Shown here piece after piece: positions 1 through 8,440 of a stretch of DNA of 40,050 nucleotides; position 1 is the first letter of the stretch; each line of letters starts with the position of its first letter. The notes under the pieces were generated by a model. The model was not told the DNA's origin. It made no database searches and saw only the letters and a list, made by a program, of their open reading frames with translations. The position numbers and the translations under genes were made by a program. Source of the stretch: a virus (Duplodnaviria > Caudoviricetes); the IMG/VR virus record IMGVR_UViG_3300024331_000111, positions 1 through 40,050 of that record, one strand, 5' to 3'.

Positions 1-178
1 CAGCCCGAAGCATTGGAGGAAGGCCTCGCAATGTTGAGCGACGGTATAGCGCCAGGGTTCGGCTGGTGGCGACGCCATTTACCCCTGACAGCCCCGCCCC
101 CATACTTCGCCACACCCGTCCAGCCGCGGCGTGATTGGGAACCGTGGGAACTCGTTGTTACCGCCATTGGCATGGCCG
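1..178. repeat. Terminal direct repeat, left copy (circular overlap)
   Basis: Identical to 39873-40050 except C127 vs T39999. Confidence 0.97.
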
Positions 179-330
179 AAGACCGGGTGAAAGAGGCGGT
201 GGCTGTGGATGTGCTCGCACAGTTGGCCGGCGAACACCATTTAGACGCCCAAGCGTTCGCTGACGCTGTCGTCGGCTACCGTACAGAACTTCCCCGATTT
301 GCCCCTTGTAATCAAACTACCGATGTGTAA
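1..330 (+). CDS. Hypothetical protein, 3' part; gene starts at GTG 39783 and crosses the circular junction
   Basis: Frame from 39783 (VTDLRGLPAIYLRELAALAEQQTHNPWHQLQPEALEEG...) is continuous with ORF 13..330. Confidence 0.75.
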   Translation, partial: QPEALEEGLAMLSDGIAPGFGWWRRHLPLTAPPPYFATPVQPRRDWEPWELVVTAIGMAEDRVKEAVAVDVLAQLAGEHHLDAQAFADAVVGYRTELPRFAPCNQTTDV

Positions 331-378
331 TTATCAGCACCTCAACCAAGGTCGGCGGAGAAAGCAACATCCGACCTC

Positions 379-543
379 ATGGCAACAACACGAAACATCG
401 TCCAGTTCTCAGCCCTCTTCCCACGCGAACTGTACGAGAAGATCAAACAGCGAGCAGCCGACGAGGATCTGTCACTGTCACAGCTCCTCCGGCGCCTAGC
501 GCGCGAATACTTGGAGGCTGACACCGACACCGCCGCGGCATGA
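379..543 (+). CDS. Ribbon-helix-helix (CopG/Arc-like) DNA-binding protein, 54 aa
   Basis: Manual translation MATTRNIVQFSALFPRELYEKIKQRAADEDLSLSQLLRRLAREYLE; beta-strand plus two helices pattern; ATGA overlap with next gene; not in ORF track. Confidence 0.8.
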   Translation: MATTRNIVQFSALFPRELYEKIKQRAADEDLSLSQLLRRLAREYLEADTDTAAA

Positions 544-1202
544 AAATGCCGACACCTATCGAAACCGAATATGCAGGCTGCCGGTTCCGTAGTCGCCTAG
601 AGGCCCGATGGGCCGTGTTCTTCGACCACCTGTCCATTGCATGGCAATACGAACCGCAAGGCTTCGTCATCGATGTTCCAGTCGATGGCCTTCCGGATGG
701 CGATCTCGCTGACTACCAAGTTCGGTACTTACCAGATTTCCTACTCCCTGATTGTGGAACCTGGATTGAGGTCAAGGGTGCGGCATCCGACCTAGACCGG
801 CCCTTAATGCTGGCAGCAGCTAGACAACTTCCAACAATACCGCCCCGGCCACAGTGCGAAGCAGGACCACGTCTGATGATCCTCGGCCCGATACCTCGCC
901 CGACACCCGAAGGCGACTGGGGTTGGATCGGCATTCATCACATCCCTGGCACTCACGCGTTCGATATCTCAGGCAGATACGGCTTCGGTACGTACTACAA
1001 AAACCGACGCCCGTGGTGGCTCGACAACCCTGAACCAGCACCAGACACGTGCGAAAGCTGGCTCACACCCACGCACGATCCTTACGAAGTGAATGTCAGT
1101 GGTGCATATAGGGCGGCCCGCTCTGCCCGATTCGAGTACGGCGAAAACGGTGCATTGGCGAGTCTCGCTCCGAATTCCCTGGGTCGACATCGCAACAAAT
1201 AA
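540..1202 (+). CDS. PD-(D/E)XK restriction-endonuclease-like protein
   Basis: Motifs FRSRLEARWAVFFD, YEPQG, YLPDF...WIEVKG. Confidence 0.75.
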   Translation: MKMPTPIETEYAGCRFRSRLEARWAVFFDHLSIAWQYEPQGFVIDVPVDGLPDGDLADYQVRYLPDFLLPDCGTWIEVKGAASDLDRPLMLAAARQLPTIPPRPQCEAGPRLMILGPIPRPTPEGDWGWIGIHHIPGTHAFDISGRYGFGTYYKNRRPWWLDNPEPAPDTCESWLTPTHDPYEVNVSGAYRAARSARFEYGENGALASLAPNSLGRHRNK

Positions 1203-1213
1203 ACATTCCCAAG

Positions 1214-3223
1214 GTGGAACCTGTGCCATCTGCCATGACCATTCCCGAAGCCATCGCCCTAGCACACCGCTGGGCAGCCCTCGGCGTCCCAGCATTCCCG
1301 CTCGGCATCAGCTGGGACGACAAGAAACACGCCACTAACAAACGACCATTGACCGGTGAAGGCGGATTCAAGAACGCCAACACCGACCCCGAAACGCTAC
1401 GCCGAATGTTCAATGGGTGCACCAGCCGATCCGCCGAAGTCATCGGCGTCGGCCTATGGCTCGGTCCCCGGCATTGGATGGCCGCGGACGTTGACATCAA
1501 AGGAGATCGTCGAGGCGGCGAACAACTCGCCGCCCTCGAGGCCGAGCACGGCGCCCTACCGCCAGCACCGAAAGTGCACACCGCCTCCGGTGGATGGCAC
1601 ATCATCCTCGGCAAAGGCGACCGTCACGTCGACAACCATAACCTTGCACCAGACATCGATATTCGCTCCGACGACGGTTACATCGTCGCCGCCGGCACAC
1701 GCACCCCATGGGGCTCATGGAAACTCGACCGGGTCACCGGGGTACCACTACTCGAAGGTGTCGAGCCACCAGACGCCCCCGAATGGATGTTCATCGAACA
1801 AGCCAAATACGGTGGCAGCAGTGGGGAAGGTGGTGGCAACGCTGGGCACTGGGAACCCGTCCACCTAGACGGTCTACACCCCGCCGACCGTGCCGCTCTC
1901 GACGCCCTACGACGGCTCGGCGGTCACAGCGAATACAAGACTAGTTACAAGGACACCTACTACATAGCCGTCACCCGACCGGACAAGACTGCCGGTACCT
2001 CCGCCAGCGTCGGATACGTGGCACCGGGTGTCGTCAAAATATTCACCTCCGACTGGACAGTCACTGGTGACATCAGATTCCCGGAAGAAGCCGTCTACGA
2101 CGCCGACCGGCTCGCCGCCATCGCCGACGCCATCGAAGCCAAAGACGAAACCCTCGTTAACAAACTCGTCACCTCCGACCTCAGAGAACTTATCCCCACC
2201 AACAGCAAAACCTCTGACGACACGGAACCGGAGTCTCGTCGGCACTTCAAAACGGGCGCCACGTTCGTTCTCGACGACCCCGCCGAACTCTCACCAATCT
2301 GGGGTGCCGGCGACCAAGTCCTCTGGGCATCAGGCGAACCCTGCCTCATCGTCGGCCCCACCGGAGTCGGGAAAACCACGTTCGCTATGCAAATCATCGC
2401 CGGACGACTAGGCATCGACGACAGCTTCCTCGGCCAACAAATCACGCCCACCGAAGACACCACCCTCTACCTGGCAATGGACCGGCCGCGGCAGATCCGC
2501 CGCGCCATGAGACGCCTGTTCAACGAAACCCACCGTGCCCTCCTAAACGAACGCCTCGTCGTGTGGGAAGGCCCCTTACCACTCGACCTCGGCAAAACAC
2601 CCATCACCCTGCTCGAACTCGTCGAACACGTCCACGCCAAAACAGTCATCATCGACAGTCTCAAAGACGCCGCTGTCAAACTCTCCGACGACGAAGTAGG
2701 CGGCAACCTCAACCGGGCGCTCCAACATTGCGTCACCGCCGGCATCGAAGTTCTCGGCTTGCACCACCAACGCAAAGGCCAAGGCGGCACCAAACCGACA
2801 ACCCTCGAAGACGTCTACGGCTCCACATGGATCACCGCCGGTGCCGGCTCCGTCATCCTCCTCTGGGGCGCCGCCGGCGACCTCCTAATCGAACTCACCC
2901 ACCTGAAACAGCCAGCCGCCGAAGTAGGACCACTGAAAATCGAGCACAACCATGACCAAGGCCGCTCCACCGTCTACCGCGGCCAGGTCGACCCGCTGAT
3001 CTTCCTGACCAACGCCGGCTCCAACGGAGTCACCACAACACAGCTCGCCCAAGTCATGTTCGAGAAACCCAAGGTCAGTGAAAACGAGCGCAAGAAAGCG
3101 CAACGCCAACTGGATCGACTCGTCGATAGCAACCAGGCGCAACGCACTGAAGCAGTCGCTGGAGGCATCGGCGGCTCAATCCCCGCCCGGTATTACCTCA
3201 CCATTTTACCTGGCCCGATATGA
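1214..3223 (+). CDS. Bifunctional primase-polymerase (Prim-Pol) fused to RecA-like/AAA_25 helicase (start may be ATG 1235)
   Basis: N-terminal ADVD, TASGGWH, DIDIRSDDGYIVA; Walker A GPTGVGKT; Walker B VIIDSL; LHHQRK. Confidence 0.88.
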   Translation: MEPVPSAMTIPEAIALAHRWAALGVPAFPLGISWDDKKHATNKRPLTGEGGFKNANTDPETLRRMFNGCTSRSAEVIGVGLWLGPRHWMAADVDIKGDRRGGEQLAALEAEHGALPPAPKVHTASGGWHIILGKGDRHVDNHNLAPDIDIRSDDGYIVAAGTRTPWGSWKLDRVTGVPLLEGVEPPDAPEWMFIEQAKYGGSSGEGGGNAGHWEPVHLDGLHPADRAALDALRRLGGHSEYKTSYKDTYYIAVTRPDKTAGTSASVGYVAPGVVKIFTSDWTVTGDIRFPEEAVYDADRLAAIADAIEAKDETLVNKLVTSDLRELIPTNSKTSDDTEPESRRHFKTGATFVLDDPAELSPIWGAGDQVLWASGEPCLIVGPTGVGKTTFAMQIIAGRLGIDDSFLGQQITPTEDTTLYLAMDRPRQIRRAMRRLFNETHRALLNERLVVWEGPLPLDLGKTPITLLELVEHVHAKTVIIDSLKDAAVKLSDDEVGGNLNRALQHCVTAGIEVLGLHHQRKGQGGTKPTTLEDVYGSTWITAGAGSVILLWGAAGDLLIELTHLKQPAAEVGPLKIEHNHDQGRSTVYRGQVDPLIFLTNAGSNGVTTTQLAQVMFEKPKVSENERKKAQRQLDRLVDSNQAQRTEAVAGGIGGSIPARYYLTILPGPI

Positions 3224-3231
3224 CCTGGTTT

Positions 3232-3386
3232 AGCACCCTCCATGAGCACCCTCCACTGAAAATGGCGTTTTCCGAAGGTATGCATAAACGCACCCGCAAA
3301 AGTCCTGCTCAGAGCACCCGCCATAGCACGGACGCACCCTCCACCGAGCACCCGCCATCAGGGGGGGGTATTAAATACCCCCCTGA
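3232..3386. repeat. Iteron-like repeats GCACCC(T/G)C(C/A)A x6 plus G/C hairpin; putative replication origin
   Basis: Copies near 3233, 3246, 3290, 3314, 3334, 3348; inverted repeat TCAG8TAT-TAA-ATAC6TGA at 3358-3386; directly after the helicase gene. Confidence 0.6.
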
Positions 3387-3436
3387 CGGGTGCAGACGAT
3401 AAGAGAAATCAGTCACAAACTTCCCTGGAGACATCG

Positions 3437-3955
3437 ATGCCCACCACCAAACCCAACCGCCAACGCCAACCACCATCCACCACCCAAGCCACCCACTGGA
3501 AAGACCACCACCGCGACCTCGACACCATCCACCAAGCACACACCTACGCCGCCCTCGAGAAACGCTCACACGGCTTCCCAACCGACCACACCCACGAAAC
3601 TCACGGCACCGGGACAGACACCGTCTTCCACGCCACCCAAAACCCCGACCTCCACCGCGCAGAAGACTGGCTCAACGAATACGCAGAAACCATCGCCCAC
3701 CTCACCCGCCTAGCCAACAAAGCCCGAGCCAACTGGCAACCACCCACACCCGGCACAATGTTGGCCGGCGTCACCGTCGGCACCCGCAGCTCTACTGTCG
3801 GCACCTGCCCCGGCTGCGGACAACCAGCCCTAGGCACCCACGACGACCCCGTCAAACGCATCGACGGCAACCCCTACCACCTACGAGCAGCACCTGGCAG
3901 ACCAGCCTGCTACTACCTAGCCTGGCGACAACGAGGACTCGGAGGAACCGGATGA
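3437..3955 (+). CDS. Hypothetical protein with C-terminal CxxC/His-Cys motif
   Basis: GGAG RBS upstream; CPGC...YH...ACY; ATGA overlap with next gene. Confidence 0.7.
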   Translation: MPTTKPNRQRQPPSTTQATHWKDHHRDLDTIHQAHTYAALEKRSHGFPTDHTHETHGTGTDTVFHATQNPDLHRAEDWLNEYAETIAHLTRLANKARANWQPPTPGTMLAGVTVGTRSSTVGTCPGCGQPALGTHDDPVKRIDGNPYHLRAAPGRPACYYLAWRQRGLGGTG

Positions 3956-4299
3956 ACGACGCAGACTGGGCAACCATACGTCAACGCCTTAAGAGCGTCA
4001 TTGAAGAGTTGAACCGACGGAACTCTCAGCGCTCCGAATCGTCTTTCTGTGACGCTCCTGATCCTTACGAGGCCGGTCGACAACAGCAAACTACGCAAAG
4101 GACGAACCAGATAGACCATCCTGACGTTTCGCGGTACGCCGTTGGCAATCTACGTCAAGCGATCAACGACCTAGACGAGGCGATTAGATCGCTTCGCAAT
4201 ACGCGGGATCGGTTGAACCTAGCTCTCGATAATCTGCGCGATGCTCCGGTTGCACCGGTTGCAGCAACAAACCCACCACCAGCCAAGGAGTACACATGA
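3952..4299 (+). CDS. Hypothetical coiled-coil protein
   Basis: GGAGG RBS; overlapping start/stop on both sides. Confidence 0.65.
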   Translation: MNDADWATIRQRLKSVIEELNRRNSQRSESSFCDAPDPYEAGRQQQTTQRTNQIDHPDVSRYAVGNLRQAINDLDEAIRSLRNTRDRLNLALDNLRDAPVAPVAATNPPPAKEYT

Positions 4300-4463
4300 C
4301 CAACGCTGAACAAATCCGCATCCAAGCAATGGACCTAGCCATCCGAGCCATGACATCCCAAACTGCACGTCTAAGCACAGAGGCCCTAGTCGACAATGCC
4401 ATGCGCATCGAGGCGTTCCTTCGTGGCCCGGTTGCACCGGTTGCACACTCAGAGGTGGCCTGA
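4296..4463 (+). CDS. Small hypothetical protein, 55 aa
   Basis: AAGGAG RBS; MTNAEQIRIQAMDLAIRAM...HSEVA; ATGA overlap. Confidence 0.65.
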   Translation: MTNAEQIRIQAMDLAIRAMTSQTARLSTEALVDNAMRIEAFLRGPVAPVAHSEVA

Positions 4464-4474
4464 CCAGCGGGTAC

Positions 4475-4503
4475 TTGACAACACGCTCCGCATCTAGTAC
4501 AAC
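4475..4503 (+). promoter_or_regulatory. Candidate sigma70-type promoter ahead of the late region
   Basis: TTGACA-17 bp-TACAAC. Confidence 0.5.
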
Positions 4504-4766
4504 CACGGCTACGTTCGTCCAGTGACTGCCCACGGCGGAAAGCCCCCAAATCCTGAACAACGCCAAGGATGGGCAAAATCCCGAACCCCGCCAAGGATGG
4601 TAGGGGTGGCCCTCCCCAAAACCGAACGAACAGGCCAGGAAGGGCCACCACGCCCACCCCTCCACTGTCCGTCGCCCAGCAGGGCAGGCAGTGACCACCC
4701 CACCATCCCTGTTTCCGCGTTTGAAACGCGGCGAGCCCAGATCGCAGCGGCTCTCGACGCACCCTC

Positions 4767-4786
4767 ATGACCCAACACGAGGTCAT
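4767..4786. other. Candidate cos/packaging site
   Basis: Inverted repeat ATGACC-N8-GGTCAT just upstream of HNH-TerS-TerL, where strand composition flips from C/A-rich to G/T-rich. Confidence 0.4.
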
Positions 4787-4807
4787 TTCTTCGATAGGAG
4801 TGGCTTC

Positions 4808-5116
4808 ATGTCACGTAACCGGCGTGGGTTGACGACCACTCAGCGGGGCTACGGGTGGGATCATGCTCGCCGGCGGGCGGCGGCGTTCGTTGCGCTGCCG
4901 GAATGGTCGCCTTGCGCTCGGTGTCAGGGTTCGATGTGGAAGTTCGCTAAGGATCGGCACGGCCGCTCAGCGTTGCATTGGGATCATACGGACACTAGGT
5001 CGGGCTATTTGGGGTTCTCACATCAGCGTTGCAATGGTGAAGCGGCGGCGTTGAAGGCGAATAGGGTGAGGCGAGCGAAGAGGTTGGCTTTGCAGTGGCA
5101 TTCGCGGGTGTGGTGA
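4808..5116 (+). CDS. Terminase-associated HNH-like endonuclease
   Basis: AGGAG RBS; TTQRGYGWDH, CARC, WDH, HQRCN; located before the terminase genes. Confidence 0.8.
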   Translation: MSRNRRGLTTTQRGYGWDHARRRAAAFVALPEWSPCARCQGSMWKFAKDRHGRSALHWDHTDTRSGYLGFSHQRCNGEAAALKANRVRRAKRLALQWHSRVW

Positions 5117-5119
5117 CCT

Positions 5120-5515
5120 GTGATCAAACGATGTGTGGTTGACGAGACGCCTTTTGAGGCGAAAAGGCCGTCAGCGAAGTACTGTTCGGATCGTTGCCGG
5201 CAGCGTGCTCATAGGGGCGTGGCGACGGTGACCGCATTACCGGCACCCGATGTGATGCCCGGGCCGTTGGCGACCTCGACGATGCGCCGGCTCGAGGAGA
5301 TCGGCCGGGCTGATACCGAGCTTGGGGTGGCTGCCGTGTTGCTGGCGGCTCGGTTGGACAATCTGGGACCGGTGGATACGGGTGCGGGGTTGGCGGCGTT
5401 GATGAAGGAGTTCCGGGCGACGCTCGCTGACGCAGTTAAGGACGCCGACCATGATGACGACGCGCTCGACAACATCAGGGAGGCGGCGGCACTCAAGCTC
5501 ATCCGCGGAGCCTGA
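5120..5515 (+). CDS. terS: Terminase small subunit (putative)
   Basis: Position before TerL; N-terminal YCSDRCR motif; helical C-terminus typical of actinophage TerS. Confidence 0.7.
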   Translation: MIKRCVVDETPFEAKRPSAKYCSDRCRQRAHRGVATVTALPAPDVMPGPLATSTMRRLEEIGRADTELGVAAVLLAARLDNLGPVDTGAGLAALMKEFRATLADAVKDADHDDDALDNIREAAALKLIRGA

Positions 5516-6971
5516 TCTCGTCCGGCCCCGCTATTTGCATATCCCGGAGTACGAGCGGACGCTCGGGCCTGAGGTGGCCGCTGTGGCGACGTTGGCTGGG
5601 TTCCCGCCCGATCCTGAGCAGCGAATGTTGTTGGACGCGGCGTTCGCGATCGACAAGAAGGGCCGGTCGGTTGCGTTCGAGGTTGTGGTTATCGCCCCTC
5701 GACAGAATTTGAAGACCGGGTTTTTTAAGCAGGTGGCGTTGGGGCAGCTGTTTGTGCGTGATGAGCGGCTTGTGGTGTGGTCGGCGCACGAGTTCGAGAT
5801 TGCTAACGAGGCGACGAACGATTTGGAGGCGCTGATCGAGGGGTCGGACATTTTGCGGCGGCGGGTGCGGTTGACGGCCCGGGGGTCGGTGGCGTCGCAT
5901 GGTGCTGTTCCGCAGATTGTGTTGTTGTCGGGCGCCAGGTTGAGGTTCAAAACTCGTACGTCGGGTGGTGGTCGAGGGTTATCGGGTCGGAAAGTGATCC
6001 TGGATGAGGGTTACGCTTTGCAGCCGGGCCAGATCGGTGCGTTGATGCCGATCATGTTGGCGCAGCCTGATCCTCAGGTGTTTATCGGGTCGTCGGCGTG
6101 CCGGCCGGAGTCTGGCGTGTTGGGCGACATTGTGAAGCGTGGCCGGTCCGGGTTGGATCGGCGGATGGTGTATGCGGAGTGGTGCGCTCCGGACCCGTCG
6201 GAGGCGTGCAAGTCGGGTGACTTGTGTAGCCATTCTCGTGACATTCCGGGTTGCGGGTGCGACAAGCCGGAGTTGTTGATGAAGGTGCATTCGGCGATCA
6301 CCCGTGGTCGTATCCAGTTGGACACGGTGATGGATATGCGCCGAACGATGCCCCCGGAGGAGTACGGGCGTGAGGTGATGGGCTGGCATGACGAGACCGT
6401 CGAGGGGTTGACGGCGGTGTCGTTCGAACAATGGAAGCGGGCAGAGGACCCCGGGTCGTCGTGTGAGCCGGGTTGTTTCGCTGTCGAGGTGTCCTTGGAT
6501 CGGGCGTGGGGTTCGATCGGTGTCGCCGGTCCCTATGGTGACCGGACTCACGTCGAGGTTGCGGTACGTGATCGTGGGACCGGCTGGATCGTCGACCGGT
6601 GTGTCGACCTGGATGGGAGCCATGGGCATCCGCTGTTCGTTGTGGATGGTGGCGGTCCGGCGGCTTCGTTCATCCCGGAGTTGGAGAAGGCCGGGTTGTG
6701 GGTGACGGTGGCTGACACGAAGGATGTCGCCGCCGCCTATGCGGGTTTGGTGGACGGGTTGGATCAGGGCGCCCTGTCTCACGGTCCGCAAGCGGATGTT
6801 GATCAGGCGGTCCTGTCAGGGTTGGCGCGTTCTGTTGGTGATGGTGCGTTGGCGTTGGGTCGCAAGGCGTCAGGGGTGGACATCACCCCGCTGGTTTCGA
6901 TAGCGCTCGCGTTGTGGGGGTTTCAGACGTTCGGGACGCCGTTGGCCCCCGAAGATGTGTTCATCGGTTAG
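5451..6971 (+). CDS. terL: Terminase large subunit
   Basis: PRQNLKTG Walker A, VWSAH, GRGLSG, VILDEG Walker B, C-terminal DITPLVS nuclease motif. Confidence 0.93.
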   Translation: MMTTRSTTSGRRRHSSSSAEPDLVRPRYLHIPEYERTLGPEVAAVATLAGFPPDPEQRMLLDAAFAIDKKGRSVAFEVVVIAPRQNLKTGFFKQVALGQLFVRDERLVVWSAHEFEIANEATNDLEALIEGSDILRRRVRLTARGSVASHGAVPQIVLLSGARLRFKTRTSGGGRGLSGRKVILDEGYALQPGQIGALMPIMLAQPDPQVFIGSSACRPESGVLGDIVKRGRSGLDRRMVYAEWCAPDPSEACKSGDLCSHSRDIPGCGCDKPELLMKVHSAITRGRIQLDTVMDMRRTMPPEEYGREVMGWHDETVEGLTAVSFEQWKRAEDPGSSCEPGCFAVEVSLDRAWGSIGVAGPYGDRTHVEVAVRDRGTGWIVDRCVDLDGSHGHPLFVVDGGGPAASFIPELEKAGLWVTVADTKDVAAAYAGLVDGLDQGALSHGPQADVDQAVLSGLARSVGDGALALGRKASGVDITPLVSIALALWGFQTFGTPLAPEDVFIG

Positions 6972-6980
6972 GAGGATCGA

Positions 6981-7241
6981 ATGGGATTCATCGAGAAGCA
7001 ATCCCGGAATGGGAGTGACGTGGGTGTCGGAACGCATAACTCGGCGCAGCCGGGACCGGATATCACTGGTGACGTGTCAGGGTTGATGTCACAGTCTGAG
7101 GCTGCCGCGAATGATCGTAAGACTGCTGGCGCGACGTTGGTCGCCGGGAATTCGGTGCCGGCTTCGGGGTTGATGGCCGGTGGCGACATGTGGGAGTGGG
7201 ACAGCGGGTTGGCTGTTGGTGAGCAGCCGGGGGAGGCCTGA
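6981..7241 (+). CDS. Hypothetical Gly/Ser/Ala-rich protein
   Basis: Strong AGGAGG RBS. Confidence 0.7.
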   Translation: MGFIEKQSRNGSDVGVGTHNSAQPGPDITGDVSGLMSQSEAAANDRKTAGATLVAGNSVPASGLMAGGDMWEWDSGLAVGEQPGEA

Positions 7242-7242
7242 C

Positions 7243-7599
7243 ATGGCTGACGGGACGGTCGGTAACGAGCCGTCAGCGGCCAATCCTGCTGGTTCATCGA
7301 GGCCGACGGCACCGCAGGCTGGGCCTCCCGCGATGGATGGGTTCGAGTACACGGCTGGGTCGGTCGGGAACTATCCGAATGCTGGGATGGATGTGACCGT
7401 GATGCAAACGTCGACCGCGTATGGGCAGGCGACAGCGTCGGCGGACGCGTATCAGGCTGCCGCGCACGGGTTCATCGTCGAGAATGGTGCCGCGGTGGTG
7501 GCTGGTCATGCGACGGTGGGCGATCCGGGTACGACTGGTGGTGCTGGTGATGTGGGTGAGGGCGGTTCGTTTGGTGGTGCGGGGGACGCCGACTACTGA
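7243..7599 (+). CDS. Hypothetical acidic Gly/Ala-rich protein
   Basis: GGAGG RBS before ATG 7243 (MADGTVGNEPS...). Confidence 0.7.
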   Translation: MADGTVGNEPSAANPAGSSRPTAPQAGPPAMDGFEYTAGSVGNYPNAGMDVTVMQTSTAYGQATASADAYQAAAHGFIVENGAAVVAGHATVGDPGTTGGAGDVGEGGSFGGAGDADY

Positions 7600-7805
7600 T
7601 GACTGTCCGGGTTGTGGTGCGATTGTCGGTGGCTGGCTGGTTGCGCCGTTTGGCGAACCGTATCGACCCGCCGCCGATACCGGCACCGCAGCCGACCCCG
7701 TATGTGAACGTGTGGGGCAGCACCTATTGGTCGAGGCCGCCGACCGAGCCGGGTTATGGGACGTCGGTTACTTATAACGGTCCGGACTGGCCGCGCGCCT
7801 CATGA
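7599..7805 (+). CDS. Hypothetical protein
   Basis: TGATG and ATGA coupling with neighbours. Confidence 0.55.
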   Translation: MTVRVVVRLSVAGWLRRLANRIDPPPIPAPQPTPYVNVWGSTYWSRPPTEPGYGTSVTYNGPDWPRAS

Positions 7806-8047
7806 GGGTGTTGCGCCCGCGGCCCGGCCGTTGGCGGCGAATCAGGACGCCTGGGTTCCAGTTCGCCGCCGCGGTCGGGATCATGATCGGCGGCGCCGCA
7901 CTGGTCGCGTGGTGGATGGTGGGGGTGGTGCTCATGATCGGTGGACTGCTCTGGTCGATTGATGCCCTGTTGCGTGATGCCGCACCAAGCGGGGACCGTC
8001 GTGGTTCTCATGCGGACGTGTTGGAGCGGTGGCGGCAGGCGAGATGA
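7802..8047 (+). CDS. Small membrane protein (two TM segments)
   Basis: Hydrophobic FAAAVGIMIGGAALVAWWMVGVVLMIGGLLWSI; a type often seen just before portal genes. Confidence 0.7.
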   Translation: MRVLRPRPGRWRRIRTPGFQFAAAVGIMIGGAALVAWWMVGVVLMIGGLLWSIDALLRDAAPSGDRRGSHADVLERWRQAR

Positions 8048-8048
8048 C

Positions 8049-8246
8049 ATGCTGCGCCGGGCGCAGGTAACCGACCGTGACCATCTCCCGTCCCCTGACC
8101 GGCGGACCGATATCGCCGAACACGACGCCGACCGTCTCGCAGCCGAACTCCAGGCCGCTTACGACATGCTCGAGGACTACGACCTGATGTGTGTTGATAG
8201 CCCGGCGTTGAAGGCGCACGAGATCGCTTTGAAAGCACGCCAATGA
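8049..8246 (+). CDS. Hypothetical protein
   Basis: ATG just after the previous stop; ATGA overlap with next gene. Confidence 0.5.
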   Translation: MLRRAQVTDRDHLPSPDRRTDIAEHDADRLAAELQAAYDMLEDYDLMCVDSPALKAHEIALKARQ

Positions 8247-8440
8247 CGGTTGTTAGTACCGACACATGTGCCTGCGGGCGGATGGACAAGCCGATCGAGA
8301 TGTGGCTTTGCCGGGCGTGTTTCCTCGAGAAAGAGATCCGTTACGCCCTGAGCGAACTGGACCGTCCAGGCGGTCCGTGGGATGGCGAGAGTTGGGCAGA
8401 CATGGCACGGTGGCGTCTACGCCGACTGGTCGAAGCATGA
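8243..8440 (+). CDS. Hypothetical Cys-containing protein
   Basis: CACG...LCRAC; ATGA overlaps on both sides. Confidence 0.55.
   Translation: MTVVSTDTCACGRMDKPIEMWLCRACFLEKEIRYALSELDRPGGPWDGESWADMARWRLRRLVEA

Noticed and set aside
3220-3402. 60-aa ORF after the helicase gene
   Set aside because: Runs through the iteron-like repeats and hairpin; better explained as non-coding, although its ATGA overlap means it cannot be fully excluded
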